From Tatlockia sp. (GTDB taxonomy: Bacteria > Cyanobacteriota > Cyanobacteriia > Cyanobacteriales > Chroococcidiopsidaceae), in the NCBI GenBank assembly GCA_013698215.1, contig JACCVJ010000444.1:1-42933 (forward strand): 42,933 bases of DNA, given 5' to 3'. This document shows, piece by piece, positions 1-9,701 of the stretch; positions within the stretch are counted from its first letter, which is position 1; the number at the start of each line of letters is the position of its first letter. A program made the position numbers and the translations under genes. The notes beneath the pieces were generated by a model, which worked only from the letters and a program-made list of their open reading frames with translations, searched no databases and was not told where the DNA came from.

Positions 1-3000
1 AACCATCCGGAGATGGAATGGATGCTCTCATCGGGTCAAGTTCCTCTTTCCCTCCGAAGTTTGAACTATAACTAGGTATGTATTGTGAGTTAAGCATATC
101 TCGATGCTCCCAATTTACGAATGAAGAATTAAACGGAGTTTGAGATTGCACAGCCAATACTTTTCCGAACCCGTAAATAAAGGTTTTGTCTTTTCCTCCA
201 TCTTTCTTTACTTCCGTTAAAATATCGCCTCCAAATAATGAAGATCGAACGTAATATTTTTCGTCCTGCTCTTCATATGTTTGCGTATCTTGATTGTAAT
301 TTAAAACCTTCTCCTTTACGACTTGTCCTTCCCCGTCACTCCATCTCGAGTGTTGATAATTATTAGTTTCGGTTGTGTAGGAAAGCAATCCGTCAGCACC
401 ATATTTGAATTGCCTTGTATATGTCGGGACAGTACCGGAAAAAAAGTCCATTTTGGTAAATCTTCCATCTGCATCAAACGAACTTCTTCCAACGACACCG
501 TTCGAAGCCGTTGTCTCCGTCATTCGATTGTTTGAATAAGTGTAAGTTTCAGGAGGAATACTGTCTTGCCCCCGCATAAATCCAACAGGTTTATGCTCAG
601 ACGTTACGTTTCCCCACGTATTATACCCGAATGAATACTTATACAATGTTCTGTCAGTTCCTGTTGTAGCACCTTCTCCTCTTGCCCACGTTCCCGTTGC
701 CGCTCCGGTTAACCTTCCCACATGGTCATAACGATATGAGCGGTCACTATCGTCAAAGTCACTGTAATGCTCATCTTTAGCGAATTTAATGCTTCCGTCA
801 GGCGTATACTGATACTGCTTTTTTATAGCCGGATCCGGGCTGACACCAGCCTTTCTAACCAACTCGGTTTCAGGTAAAAGGCGATTATTGTAAGTTAAAT
901 TAGAACTAACGCCGTTACCTCCGACCATTTCTTTCACTGCTCCCCACGCTCTATATGCCACGCTATCAATAATAGTGTTAACTCCAAAGCCGTTCCCTTT
1001 CACCTGTGATATTCTTCCTACTTTGTCTAGTTCATAGTCAGTTCGTGCTCCATAAGGGTCGGTTATACTTTTTAATGAACCCGCCAAGTGATAATCATAA
1101 ACAATCTTAAAACTGTTGTTGGGAAGCGGCGCGTTAGGCATAGCAACGACATTAGCTCCACTGAATGTTCGGGTTTCTGCTGTAAGTCTTGAGAGTTGAT
1201 CATATTGATAAGCTATTGTCCCAAAACCGTCGGTCATTTGAGTTCGATTGCCAGTATCATCATATAAAAAATTTACTGGAGCACTCGCGGAGATTTCCAG
1301 AGTGTCTGGCGGCAGCGGATTCGGAATGGTATAACTGATTTGTTCAACTAGTCCTCGATTGTCATAAGTGAAGTTTTCTATTACGTTTCGCGCATCAATC
1401 ACAGAAGAAATACTATCATCTAAATTATAGTTATAAGTTATATTGGTATTGGCATTTTGTTCAGGTCGCTGTTCGGTTTTAATTCGTCCATGTCCGTCGT
1501 AAGTTACACTCATCTGTTGATAAGTATTGTTCGGATTCTCTGCACCAGCGTACTGCTTCGTTTGTGTAACTTGGTCGCGCCCGTTAAAAACTTGAACGGT
1601 CGTTGTGTAGGGCGTGATGCCGTCCCAGCCCATCACTTCAGTTTTGTAAGTTCTGCCTAAGATGTCGGCGTAAATTTTCTGCGTTCGTCTGGCATTAACG
1701 GTCGGCTGGTCGTCGCGCGGAACGAGTTCGCCTTGAACGGTCGTCACCTGCCCGCCCGCGCAACCGCAGCCTTCGTAGCTGATGAGAATGTCCGAAGCAT
1801 TCAGAGCGGTCGTATCCGCGCCGTCGGTGTTTATCTTCCTGACGACTCTGCCCTTCCAATCGTATTTTTGATACGTCCACAGCCAGCCTCTTGCCTGGTC
1901 GTCGCCCGCCGGATTCCAATTGGAATCAATCTCGGTCGGAACGCTTTGGCGTTTCACCTGTCCGAGAATGTCGTATTCAATTAACGAGCCGCTCCAGGTC
2001 GTCGTGTTTCCGCTTGTATCGAATGACATCGGCGTTCTCGATTGTCTGACTCTACCCGCGCCGTCCGTGAAGGCTTCCGATAAAACTTCATCCGCCGCGT
2101 CCGCACCGTTATTATTCGTGTCAACAATCGTCGAATAGACTTTCGAATGCACCTCGCGGTCGGATTGTGAATAGTCGTAGCGCGTGTAGGTGCCGTTGTT
2201 GACCAGGGTTTCCTTCAACAATCTTCCGATTGAATCGTAATCTCTAATCGTTTCCTTACCGATCGTATTTCCGGCGGGCGCGGGCGATTTTGCCCAGACG
2301 TTCGCGCCAATATCATAGCGATATTTTACCTGCGAGAAGTTATTCGCCGGGTCGGTTATCTTCGTCGGATAGGCATATGTATTTCTTGATGTCGTCGTGT
2401 CGTTAAACGAATCGAGATAGCTGATCTTTACCGCACGAGTCGTTCCCGCCGCGGTGCCCGGCGTGATTTGTGAAACCACTCCGCCCGCCGTGTTGTATTT
2501 TATGCTCGACGAAACCGTTGACCCGTTATTAACATCGTGCCGCGTCGTTGAAGTCAGGTTGCCTCTGCCTGTCATAAAACTTGCGCCGTAGTTTGTGTTG
2601 TCGTGTTGAATCACCGACGAGATGTTTTGTTCGGTTCCCGTAAAACCGTCCGGGTCGGCGTCGTAGGCGTAAGTTACTTTTGACATTAAGAGGTCGGTTT
2701 CGTCATAGAGTTTTTGCTCGAGTGGCAAACCGATAATACGTCTCGCTAAATAAGCGTTATCCCAATTATAGTCGGTCGTCGCCCGCTTAAGGACGGTCGT
2801 CTGATTCGTGTCATAGACCTTCACTTCCGAGACCAATCCAAAACGCGAAGCGGTCGTACTGCCCGCTTGCATCAGATAATCAACGGTAGTCTTTTTGGTG
2901 TTCGATGCGTCGCCGACTCTCGATTCTGCAACGCGCGGATTAATTTTGTAAATCTGCGTCTCATCGTCCTGCTTCCAAACGGTACGCGTCCATCGCTGTT

Positions 3001-5722
3001 GTATGTTTTGAGCGAGATCTTCCGTCCCGAAGGGCAAGCCTTCGGTCCAATTGCCCGCCGGGTGATACCACGTTTTTGATTTAGTGTTGTGCGGCGCGTT
3101 TTCCATCCAGACCTCGACGACATCCGCCGCGCCGACCGCGCCACCGCCGCCGGTAAACGTTTGATTGGCGGCAAAAGAGTTATGAACAACCGTTTCCTGA
3201 TTGTTGTTGAAGTTCTCGATTTTGTTATATGTAGTCGAAAAGCGCGGGCAATCCGATTGCCCGGCGGTCAGTGTTTCCCCAATGTCCGTCCATACAGAAT
3301 TCAACTCGTGTTCCGACGAGTCCGCCGCCACATTCCTGATTTTCCATACCTGCCCGTAATTGTTGTACTGAAACGTCGTCGAATTGCCTGCCGGGTAAGT
3401 TATCTGCTGGAGAACCTTGATATTCGTGCCGCCCGATGGTCCGAAGACTCCTATGCCAGTGGCAAAGTTCGGGGTAATCGGCGTGAGCGTGTAACTGAAC
3501 GTCGCGTAGGTGTGCTGGAAGGCGGTTCCCTCTCCGTTACCTGCTTTCCACTCTTGTTTGATGGTGGTCGGATAAAATTCGCTGTCATACTGCACGGTGA
3601 TAACTCGACCCAATGTATCCGTGACTGATTGCAAAAGTCCGTATTCGCTATCGTGAACGACGGTGATGAAATTGCCGTTGCGGTCTTTGATTTGATTCAA
3701 CCGGTAAGCTCCCGCCTTCCAGCCGTATTTCATCTGCGTGCCGTCAGTAGTTTTAACGGTCAGCGTTTTATCTTCCACCGCTTGATTCGGTCCGCCGACA
3801 TCAACGCTCAACTGCGTGTAAGATGAATCAACCGTTTCATAAATTCCAGAGGCGGCATCCTGCCGAAACTCCACTCGTCCGCCCGACGGCGTGACCATCA
3901 GGTAGGAATACTTTTGCGTCAACCCATTGTAATAACTCGGCTCGATGGTCGGGAAGCCGAAACGAAAACCCGGCGAGACGTTCGAGTTGTCGGCATCAAA
4001 GACCATTGTGTTCGAGGTTGGCTCTTTGGTCCAGACGAGCGAGTTGTAGGAGATGCCGAACCCGGCATCCAAGCCCGCCCTGCCCGGAAGTCCGACCAAT
4101 CCGGTTCCCCAACCGAAATTCCTCGAATACAAATCGGTGCCGCCGGTTTGGTTTTTCGGAGCGAGCCGCGCGTTTGCCAAATTGTAGGTGAGAACCTGTC
4201 CGCCGATTTGTTTCAGGTAAGCTGACGGCACTGCCGTGTCGCCGACGATGCCGAGTTGGTGATACTCGTAAGTGTTGAAAGTCGGATCGGAACTTTTGAC
4301 GATATACCACACGCCGGTAGTCGGTCGCCAGACGGCAAAATCCGCTTTGCCGTCTGTGTCACCGTCGTAGTTGGCGGGAGCCGGCTGATCACCGTAATTG
4401 CCCCACGTTTTTGACAGGTAAGAACCGTCGTTCGTCGAGCTTTTATAAACATACCAGGTGCCGTTCGACGGGCGGTAAACGGCAAAGTCCGTCTTACCGT
4501 CGCCGTCGTAATCGGCTGGCACGGGCGTGTCGGTTCCCGCACCCCATTGAAGATAAGTGAAGCTGTAGCTGCTCGCGCTTAAAAGCACATACCAAGTTGC
4601 GGTCGAAGCACGAAAGACGGCGTAATCCATCTTCGAGTCGCCGTCATAGTTGCCGGGAACGGGAATGTCGCCTTCTTGCCCAAATTGCCTTGTGGTAATT
4701 GTGCCGGTCTCTGCCTCCCTAACCTCCCAGGTGCCGTTTGACGGTCGAAAAACGGCAATGTCCGCCTTGGCATTGCCCACATAATCGCCTGAAACAACTT
4801 TATCGCCTGGCTGCCCGAAGAAATTGATGTTCTGGTCTGGAATGTTTGAACTGTTTTTGATTGTCCAAGTTCGCGCATAATCGGTGAATATGGCGAGGTC
4901 GGTTATCCCGTCGCCGTCGTAATCGGCGGGTGCCGCCGCCGTTCCCGTGCCGAGCGAAACGGTCGTGAAAGTGCCGCTCGAACTGTTCTTGATTTTCCAC
5001 TCGCCGCTGGTCGGTTGCCAGCGCGACGCGTCCGCTTTGCCATCGCCGTCAAAATCGAAATTGGTCGTTCCCTGAGCAAATGGAAGCGGCGCGGCGGGCG
5101 CGATTGGCTCAACGCTAGATTCCTCTTCGGATGTCGTTTCATCCATCTCCGCTTCGGTGGTTACTACTATAGTTGTTTCCGCTTTATCTGTTTTTGCTTT
5201 ACTAGCCGGAGACGAACCGTTCGGCGAAACGAAAACTAACGGTGCAATAAAAGATGTCAGAGATGAAATCGAAGGAGCGAGCGAAGTCGAAGCTCTTTTC
5301 CAGAAGGTCGGCACTTTTGCCATTGCAAAACCTTCGGGCAGAGTCGGTGTCGTAAAAATACCCGCCATAAACCGGTATCCGTCCGCTAAATGAGTGTTAA
5401 GCGAAACGGCGGTTGAAAGCGTCGTGTTCGTTAGCGAGCCGGACAAAGGGTTTGAACTTGGAGAGCTATAAACAAACGGCTCGGCAGGAGGAGCGGAAAC
5501 AGGTGCCGGGAACCGGTTAGCAATTGAAGGGGTTTGAGCGGCGGTTGTCTGCGCCTGTCCGAAGAAGATGAGCGGCAGCAAGAGCGCGGTCATCAACAAC
5601 ACCGATACGGAGCGCACAGCTAAATTCCATCCATTTACAAATTTGATTGACCTTAAACCACGCTCGACAAGATAACCGTTCCGCGCTTTTTGATTGTTCC
5701 GTCCCTGAATACGCACTTTCAT
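1..5722 (-). CDS. Large secreted RHS/YD-repeat protein with N-terminal FG-GAP/VCBS-like repeats (partial, runs off left edge, >1900 aa)
   Basis: Manual translation from ATG 5722 (upstream GAGGGG/AAGG RBS) stays in one frame to base 2. Hydrophobic segment VSVLLMTALLLPLIFF; repeats DFDGDGKAD, ADYDGDGITD, GNYDGDSKMD, ADYDGDGKTD; YD repeats (YDSIGR, YDILGQ, YDWKGR, YDGHGR, YDQLSRL, YDHVGRL); ends ...ELDPMRA at the edge. Absent from the ORF track, probably because the stop lies outside the window. Confidence 0.9.
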   Translation of the reverse strand, partial: MKVRIQGRNNQKARNGYLVERGLRSIKFVNGWNLAVRSVSVLLMTALLLPLIFFGQAQTTAAQTPSIANRFPAPVSAPPAEPFVYSSPSSNPLSGSLTNTTLSTAVSLNTHLADGYRFMAGIFTTPTLPEGFAMAKVPTFWKRASTSLAPSISSLTSFIAPLVFVSPNGSSPASKAKTDKAETTIVVTTEAEMDETTSEEESSVEPIAPAAPLPFAQGTTNFDFDGDGKADASRWQPTSGEWKIKNSSSGTFTTVSLGTGTAAAPADYDGDGITDLAIFTDYARTWTIKNSSNIPDQNINFFGQPGDKVVSGDYVGNAKADIAVFRPSNGTWEVREAETGTITTRQFGQEGDIPVPGNYDGDSKMDYAVFRASTATWYVLLSASSYSFTYLQWGAGTDTPVPADYDGDGKTDFAVYRPSNGTWYVYKSSTNDGSYLSKTWGNYGDQPAPANYDGDTDGKADFAVWRPTTGVWYIVKSSDPTFNTYEYHQLGIVGDTAVPSAYLKQIGGQVLTYNLANARLAPKNQTGGTDLYSRNFGWGTGLVGLPGRAGLDAGFGISYNSLVWTKEPTSNTMVFDADNSNVSPGFRFGFPTIEPSYYNGLTQKYSYLMVTPSGGRVEFRQDAASGIYETVDSSYTQLSVDVGGPNQAVEDKTLTVKTTDGTQMKYGWKAGAYRLNQIKDRNGNFITVVHDSEYGLLQSVTDTLGRVITVQYDSEFYPTTIKQEWKAGNGEGTAFQHTYATFSYTLTPITPNFATGIGVFGPSGGTNIKVLQQITYPAGNSTTFQYNNYGQVWKIRNVAADSSEHELNSVWTDIGETLTAGQSDCPRFSTTYNKIENFNNNQETVVHNSFAANQTFTGGGGAVGAADVVEVWMENAPHNTKSKTWYHPAGNWTEGLPFGTEDLAQNIQQRWTRTVWKQDDETQIYKINPRVAESRVGDASNTKKTTVDYLMQAGSTTASRFGLVSEVKVYDTNQTTVLKRATTDYNWDNAYLARRIIGLPLEQKLYDETDLLMSKVTYAYDADPDGFTGTEQNISSVIQHDNTNYGASFMTGRGNLTSTTRHDVNNGSTVSSSIKYNTAGGVVSQITPGTAAGTTRAVKISYLDSFNDTTTSRNTYAYPTKITDPANNFSQVKYRYDIGANVWAKSPAPAGNTIGKETIRDYDSIGRLLKETLVNNGTYTRYDYSQSDREVHSKVYSTIVDTNNNGADAADEVLSEAFTDGAGRVRQSRTPMSFDTSGNTTTWSGSLIEYDILGQVKRQSVPTEIDSNWNPAGDDQARGWLWTYQKYDWKGRVVRKINTDGADTTALNASDILISYEGCGCAGGQVTTVQGELVPRDDQPTVNARRTQKIYADILGRTYKTEVMGWDGITPYTTTVQVFNGRDQVTQTKQYAGAENPNNTYQQMSVTYDGHGRIKTEQRPEQNANTNITYNYNLDDSISSVIDARNVIENFTYDNRGLVEQISYTIPNPLPPDTLEISASAPVNFLYDDTGNRTQMTDGFGTIAYQYDQLSRLTAETRTFSGANVVAMPNAPLPNNSFKIVYDYHLAGSLKSITDPYGARTDYELDKVGRISQVKGNGFGVNTIIDSVAYRAWGAVKEMVGGNGVSSNLTYNNRLLPETELVRKAGVSPDPAIKKQYQYTPDGSIKFAKDEHYSDFDDSDRSYRYDHVGRLTGAATGTWARGEGATTGTDRTLYKYSFGYNTWGNVTSEHKPVGFMRGQDSIPPETYTYSNNRMTETTASNGVVGRSSFDADGRFTKMDFFSGTVPTYTRQFKYGADGLLSYTTETNNYQHSRWSDGEGQVVKEKVLNYNQDTQTYEEQDEKYYVRSSLFGGDILTEVKKDGGKDKTFIYGFGKVLAVQSQTPFNSSFVNWEHRDMLNSQYIPSYSSNFGGKEELDPMRASIPSPDG

Positions 5723-6240
5723 CCTTTTGATTTCCCCTCTTTCCGATTTTTTGTCAGTCGTACTGAGACAAGAGATGCGTTAGGATGCAAATTGGGTATA
5801 AACATCTTGGCGTATTCGTGCCACAGATTTTTATGATCCGTCCAAAGAGTAGTTACTGGTTACTCGTCGGGCTTTTTATTTTCGAACGTCTATTTCGATT
5901 AAATTTCGGCTTGAATTTTAATTAATTTAATTATTTTAGGACAGCACAAATACACTTTTAATGCAGCTAAAACTTCAAGCTAAAAAGTCATTTTTAATTG
6001 CTTACTTTGCTACTACTGGTTGTGAATTCCGTAAAGTACAAATTCCCTATAATATCTAATCGTCTTTATTGAGAAACGTAAGACCTGCTACTAATCTGAT
6101 CTGGAGAACTTGAGTGAGTAAACTTTATGAAAATATACAAAGACTTGTCAAGGAAAAATAAGGAATTATTTCAATCTAAAAGCAGCGTTTAGAATAACTT
6201 AGGTTTTCTAACCATAGTTAAATTATTTCACGTTATTATT

Positions 6241-6273
6241 TTAGCCGAGTTTTTAGTTTAGCCGAGTTTTTAG
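6241..6273 (+). repeat. 16-bp direct repeat x2 (TTAGCCGAGTTTTTAG)
   Basis: Identical copies at 6241-6256 and 6258-6273. Confidence 0.85.
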
Positions 6274-6529
6274 CGGCTCGAACTATTTTTACTAAACATC
6301 AATGTTAACGGAGAATTAACATCGTCAATTTGTATATCATAGCCCGCAAAACCGAAATACTTTCATTTCACTTCCGTCAGCACCCTAGATAAAAAAACAA
6401 TTCTATCCGACACAACAAACATTCTTTTCGGGAAAGTTATTTGATTCTTCAACAAGATCGATTTTTCAAAACATTTTACAATTAGAAATCTGCAAGGTTT
6501 TTAAGGAGTCCAAAACTGATGATAATCAG

Positions 6530-6631
6530 GGTGTCAAATAACCCCTTGAAAACGAGCCTTCTAAAACGCTTGATTTCAGGCGGTTTTAAGATTTGATTCG
6601 GGAGTGTCAGAAAACATTACTTTTTTGACAC
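6530..6631. other. Putative resolvase res site: accessory subsite (6530-6556) plus 28-bp palindromic site (6604-6631), with no adjacent resolvase
   Basis: GTGTCAGAAAA-CATTAC-TTTTTTGACAC is 27/28 identical to the site at 20737-20764 upstream of a resolvase. GGTGTCAAATAACCCCTTGAAAA resembles the reverse complement of ~16790-16814 upstream of the resolvase at 16842. Confidence 0.65.
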
Positions 6632-6652
6632 CCTTATTCAAGGTTTTCGCGT

Positions 6653-6693
6653 AAATAGCCTTTCATCATAATAAGAATTATGAAAGGCTATTT
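6653..6693. repeat. 14-bp perfect inverted repeat (operator or terminator)
   Basis: AAATAGCCTTTCAT-N13-ATGAAAGGCTATTT. Confidence 0.6.
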
Positions 6694-6743
6694 TTGATAT
6701 CTTAAATGATAAATGTTGGAAATTTTTCGATACAAAAAAGTTG

Positions 6744-6772
6744 TTGACAAAGTTCCGTAAATACATTTTAAT
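6744..6772 (+). promoter_or_regulatory. sigma70-like promoter for ORF 6886
   Basis: TTGACA-N17-TTTAAT. Confidence 0.55.
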
Positions 6773-6885
6773 AGCAAGCACTCACAATCGGATTTTTAAG
6801 AGCAAAAGCTATAACTTGTTTTGCGTCGTATTTTATTTATTGTTGGAAAGATCACATTACATATCCATAAGTAAAAGTCAGAATC

Positions 6886-7494
6886 ATGGACACCATGAAA
6901 AATGAACATATAAAAAGGGTCAGTCGGCTTTTTAAGCACCTACTCCTAGAAAGACAATCTCCAAAGTATTTGGACTGGTTAGAGACAGTATCAATCGCTC
7001 ACAAACATTTTAAAGAAATAAAAGATGAAAATCTTATTGAAGTTGATACAGGATTTTTGGATAAAGCCATGCTTTTGGAGGAATACAAATTACATATCGA
7101 CCTGTATAAGCATTACCTAACTGTAGTCGCCACATTTAACGGATTTTACTATGCGGTCACAGGCGGATTTCTTACATATTACTTCAATCAGATCAATGTT
7201 ATGCCTTATCTAAATTGGTCTTTAATATTCTTTATTATTATGAGCTTGTCTTTCGCCATAATATATAACGAATCTTGGCGTTCATTTGAAAAGTCTGTAG
7301 AACAAGTTGAGCGTATTGCACTTACTTTAGGCTTTGCAGGAACAGAGGTTCGGGCGCTTAGTATGGCACTAGGCGCATCTTCACTTTTATTTTTCATTGT
7401 TACTTTAGGTTTCTTTCTTATCTTTATATTAAAGCTCTTTGAGATGGTCAAGTTTAAATGGATAGAAAACTCTCTCTCCTCCCTTTATTTTTAA
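6886..7494 (+). CDS. Hypothetical membrane protein (~3 TM); 3' tip replaced by IS3 sequence
   Basis: Three hydrophobic stretches in the C-terminal half. Removing the IS and one CTT copy restores the end ...KLLQLL* (TAA 8673-8675). Confidence 0.75.
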   Translation: MDTMKNEHIKRVSRLFKHLLLERQSPKYLDWLETVSIAHKHFKEIKDENLIEVDTGFLDKAMLLEEYKLHIDLYKHYLTVVATFNGFYYAVTGGFLTYYFNQINVMPYLNWSLIFFIIMSLSFAIIYNESWRSFEKSVEQVERIALTLGFAGTEVRALSMALGASSLLFFIVTLGFFLIFILKLFEMVKFKWIENSLSSLYF

Positions 7495-8296
7495 TTTTCA
7501 ATTCCATTTCAAATTCCAATGGACTTTTGTATCCCAGACTTGAATGTAATCTCACTCGATTGTAATAGCCTTCGATGTAGCTGAAGACTTCCGATTTTGC
7601 CTGCTCGACATCTTCAAAAACTCCACCTTCAAGTAGTTCGGTTTTGAACCGCGAGAAAAAACTCTCCGCTTGCGCGTTGTCATAACAATTGCCTTTCCCG
7701 CTCATACTTTGGCGGAAACAATTTGTTCGTAACAGGAAACGAAACTCATTCGCTGCATACTGGCTTCCTCGATCTGAATGAATGATGGCTCCGGCTTTGA
7801 CTTTTCCTTTCATTATTGCTTTCTTTAAGGCTGAAATAATCAGTTCAGCCGTCATCGTTTCCGCCACACTCCAGCCGATGATGCTTCTCGTCACCTTGTC
7901 TTGCCAAACTGCCAAATAACAAAACTTCCCATTTCCGAGCGGCAAATAAGTAATGTCTCCGACGATGATTTTGCCGGCGGCGCATTCTTCAATCTTCACT
8001 TGAGCCAATAAATCAGGCGAGGCGCGTGTCCCTTTAGAATCAGTTGTTTTGGGCTGAAAACTCTTTGGCTGCATGGCTTTTAGGCCTTCTTCTTGCATCA
8101 ATTTCCGAATCTTCAAGCGTCCAACTTTGACTCCTGATTTGGCTAAAGCTGCTTTGATTCTTCGCGTTCCATATCGCTTTCGATCTTCCCAATAACAATC
8201 CTTGATTAAATCCACTAACTTTTTCCGCTTCAAACACGGCGGTTTGGTTAATCGCTTGAGCCACGCATAATATCCGCTGTGGCTCACTTCCATCAC
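7454..8296 (-). CDS. IS3 OrfB transposase (rve integrase core, DDE); frame stays open upstream to the slippery site
   Basis: Motifs GDITY, HSDRGSQY, DNAQAESFF, YYNRVRLHSSLGYKSP. Confidence 0.95.
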   Translation of the reverse strand: MMEVSHSGYYAWLKRLTKPPCLKRKKLVDLIKDCYWEDRKRYGTRRIKAALAKSGVKVGRLKIRKLMQEEGLKAMQPKSFQPKTTDSKGTRASPDLLAQVKIEECAAGKIIVGDITYLPLGNGKFCYLAVWQDKVTRSIIGWSVAETMTAELIISALKKAIMKGKVKAGAIIHSDRGSQYAANEFRFLLRTNCFRQSMSGKGNCYDNAQAESFFSRFKTELLEGGVFEDVEQAKSEVFSYIEGYYNRVRLHSSLGYKSPLEFEMELKIKNKGRRESFLSI

Positions 8297-8355
8297 CCGA
8301 CAGAGCAGTTTGATTGGATAATTGGCTTTTTCCTGCTCAACAAAAACATAGCGTT

Positions 8356-8607
8356 TTAGCTTCCTCTGCCGAAGATAAGAGCCGCCTTTTTTAGGATTTC
8401 ATTCTCCATTTCGACTTCTTTAAGCCGTTTCTTGAGTTCCAAAACTTCTTGTTCGGCAGAAGAACTTTTCTCTAATTTGGCTTTTTTCCAGTTATGGAGA
8501 ACGCCTTCTGCCACGCCCAACTCTCTGGAAACTGAAGCTACTGATTGACCAGCTAAAATCTTTTTAACCGCTTGTCGCTTAAATTCATCATCATATTTTC
8601 TCATCAT
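8356..8607 (-). CDS. IS3 OrfA (HTH_Tnp_1)
   Basis: RKYDDEFKRQAVK...VSRELGV...ENEILKKA. Confidence 0.95.
   Translation of the reverse strand: MMRKYDDEFKRQAVKKILAGQSVASVSRELGVAEGVLHNWKKAKLEKSSSAEQEVLELKKRLKEVEMENEILKKAALIFGRGS
8386..8392 (-). other. -1 programmed frameshift heptamer A AAA AAG joining OrfA to OrfB
   Basis: The minus strand reads CTA AAA AAG GCG; the -1 frame continues KGGSYLRQRKLKRYVFVEQEKANYPIKLLCRVMEV into OrfB. Confidence 0.85.
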
Positions 8608-8715
8608 ACTCTCATTTTATCAGAGAGAGTTTTGATTCCACTTTTGTTAGACCACCTCACTTACAGCTACTATAATTCTTGGAATTCATCACTGTTCTAT
8701 CTCTGTTTTTTGGTA

Positions 8716-8744
8716 GTGTTAGAATACAAGTAGTTTTTTGACAC
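8716..8744. other. res-like palindromic site upstream of resolvase 1 (degenerate left arm)
   Basis: GTGTTAGAATA-CAAGTAG-TTTTTTGACAC, 28 bp before the ATG. Confidence 0.6.
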
Positions 8745-8772
8745 CTTTTCTTTTGTTCTTTATCCTGCATTT

Positions 8773-9345
8773 ATGAGAGTAGGAATTTATGCTCGCGTTT
8801 CAACGCACGACCAACAAACCTTGCCGATGCAGCTCGAAAAGATGAAAGAATATATAGAGCATCGCGGCTGGATTTTGACGGCAGAAGTCGAAGAAGTCGG
8901 ATCGGGAGCGAAAACACGCCCCAAACGCGAAGAACTTGTGCGAATGGCAAAACGCCGGGAGATTGACGTGATCCTTGTTTGGAAGCTTGACCGCTTTGGT
9001 CGCTCGCTTGCCGATCTAGTGATGACGCTCAACGAACTCCGCGAAATCGGAGAGGTGTTTGTGTCTTTAACTGAATCCCTTGACTTCTCTACTCCGTCAG
9101 GGAGAGCGATGGCAGGAATGCTCTCGACATTTGCAGAATTTGAGCGCGACATAATCCGCGAGCGCGTGAAAGCCGGAATTGCCAGCGCAAGAGAAAAAGG
9201 CAAGGCGCACGGCAGACCGCAAACCGCCGCCAAGAAAAAAGACGAAGTGAAGAAACTTTTCAAAACCGGAAAAGGCTTGAATAAATCCGAGATTGCCCGG
9301 AAGCTCAAAATCAGCCGCGGCTCGGTAATTGGTTTGTTGAAATAG
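8773..9345 (+). CDS. Small serine recombinase (resolvase/invertase) with C-terminal HTH
   Basis: YARVST catalytic motif, KLDRFGRS, FAEFERDIIRERV, GRP, HTH KSEIARKLKISRGSV. Confidence 0.95.
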   Translation: MRVGIYARVSTHDQQTLPMQLEKMKEYIEHRGWILTAEVEEVGSGAKTRPKREELVRMAKRREIDVILVWKLDRFGRSLADLVMTLNELREIGEVFVSLTESLDFSTPSGRAMAGMLSTFAEFERDIIRERVKAGIASAREKGKAHGRPQTAAKKKDEVKKLFKTGKGLNKSEIARKLKISRGSVIGLLK

Positions 9346-9360
9346 CTAACCTTATATTAG

Positions 9361-9701
9361 CTACCGCGTAAAATTATTTGAACCGGTCAAGACGGCTCCC
9401 CATAAATTATTTGGTTCTTGCGGATCAGGGACATTTTGCGCCAATATCCACATAGTTTTAATAATTGCGCTCCCCGCAACATCTTCGGTATGTTGTCCGC
9501 ACCAACTCGTTAGAGAACCGTATTTACCGAAATTCACCGTGAAAGAAATTAAATCACCGGACGCAAAACCGAGAAGGTCAAATCCTTCTAAGTTGCCGGG
9601 AGAACCAACCGCAGTTTTGTAAATGCCAGTGATTTTGCCGTCCCGCGCCACTAATAAATCCATTCTTGAACCGAGTTCGTTGACCCAAGCACCGTTAAAA
9701 T
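9361..9701 (-). pseudogene. Avidin/streptavidin-family gene, 5'-truncated by ISAs1
   Basis: Near-identical to 21381-21721, but the first 19 codons and the start are lost at the IS end; the frame hits TAG inside the IS. Confidence 0.85.

Larger units (their letters stand above)
7440..8659 (-). mobile_element. IS3-family insertion sequence, 1220 bp, 3-bp TSD CTT
   Basis: Imperfect terminal IRs TGAG(A/G)TGGTC...TGGA...AAAACTCTCTCT, TG...CA ends, CTT at 7437-7439 and 8660-8662, orfA/orfB layout. Confidence 0.95.
8731..9701 (+). repeat. ~1-kb direct repeat copy 1 (res arm + resolvase + avidin 3' part); copy 2 at 20751-21721
   Basis: Colinear at an offset of 12020 bp. About 70 differences in the first ~505 nt of the resolvase, and about 5 in the last ~425 bp (counted by eye). 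Confidence 0.9.

Noticed and set aside
316-5393. About 20 short ORFs listed in the track
   Set aside because: All are antisense or off-frame shadows of the single long RHS ORF.
5809-5824. Possible sigma54 promoter (TGGCACG) upstream of the RHS gene; a similar motif occurs near 18350
   Set aside because: GG-to-GC spacing is 9 rather than 10 nt at the first site, and the second has no -12 GC.
6241-6273. Direct repeat as CRISPR or iteron array
   Set aside because: Only two copies with a 1-nt gap; no spacers, cas genes or adjacent rep gene.
6604-6631. 11-6-11 palindrome as a XerCD dif/pdif site or integron attC
   Set aside because: Arms do not match XerC/XerD or attC consensus, no tyrosine recombinase is present, and homologous sites sit beside serine resolvases.
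8787-9308. 173-181 aa antisense ORFs over the resolvases (also 16898-17443 and 20807-21328)
   Set aside because: Recurrent antisense shadows of resolvase codon usage with no independent motifs.
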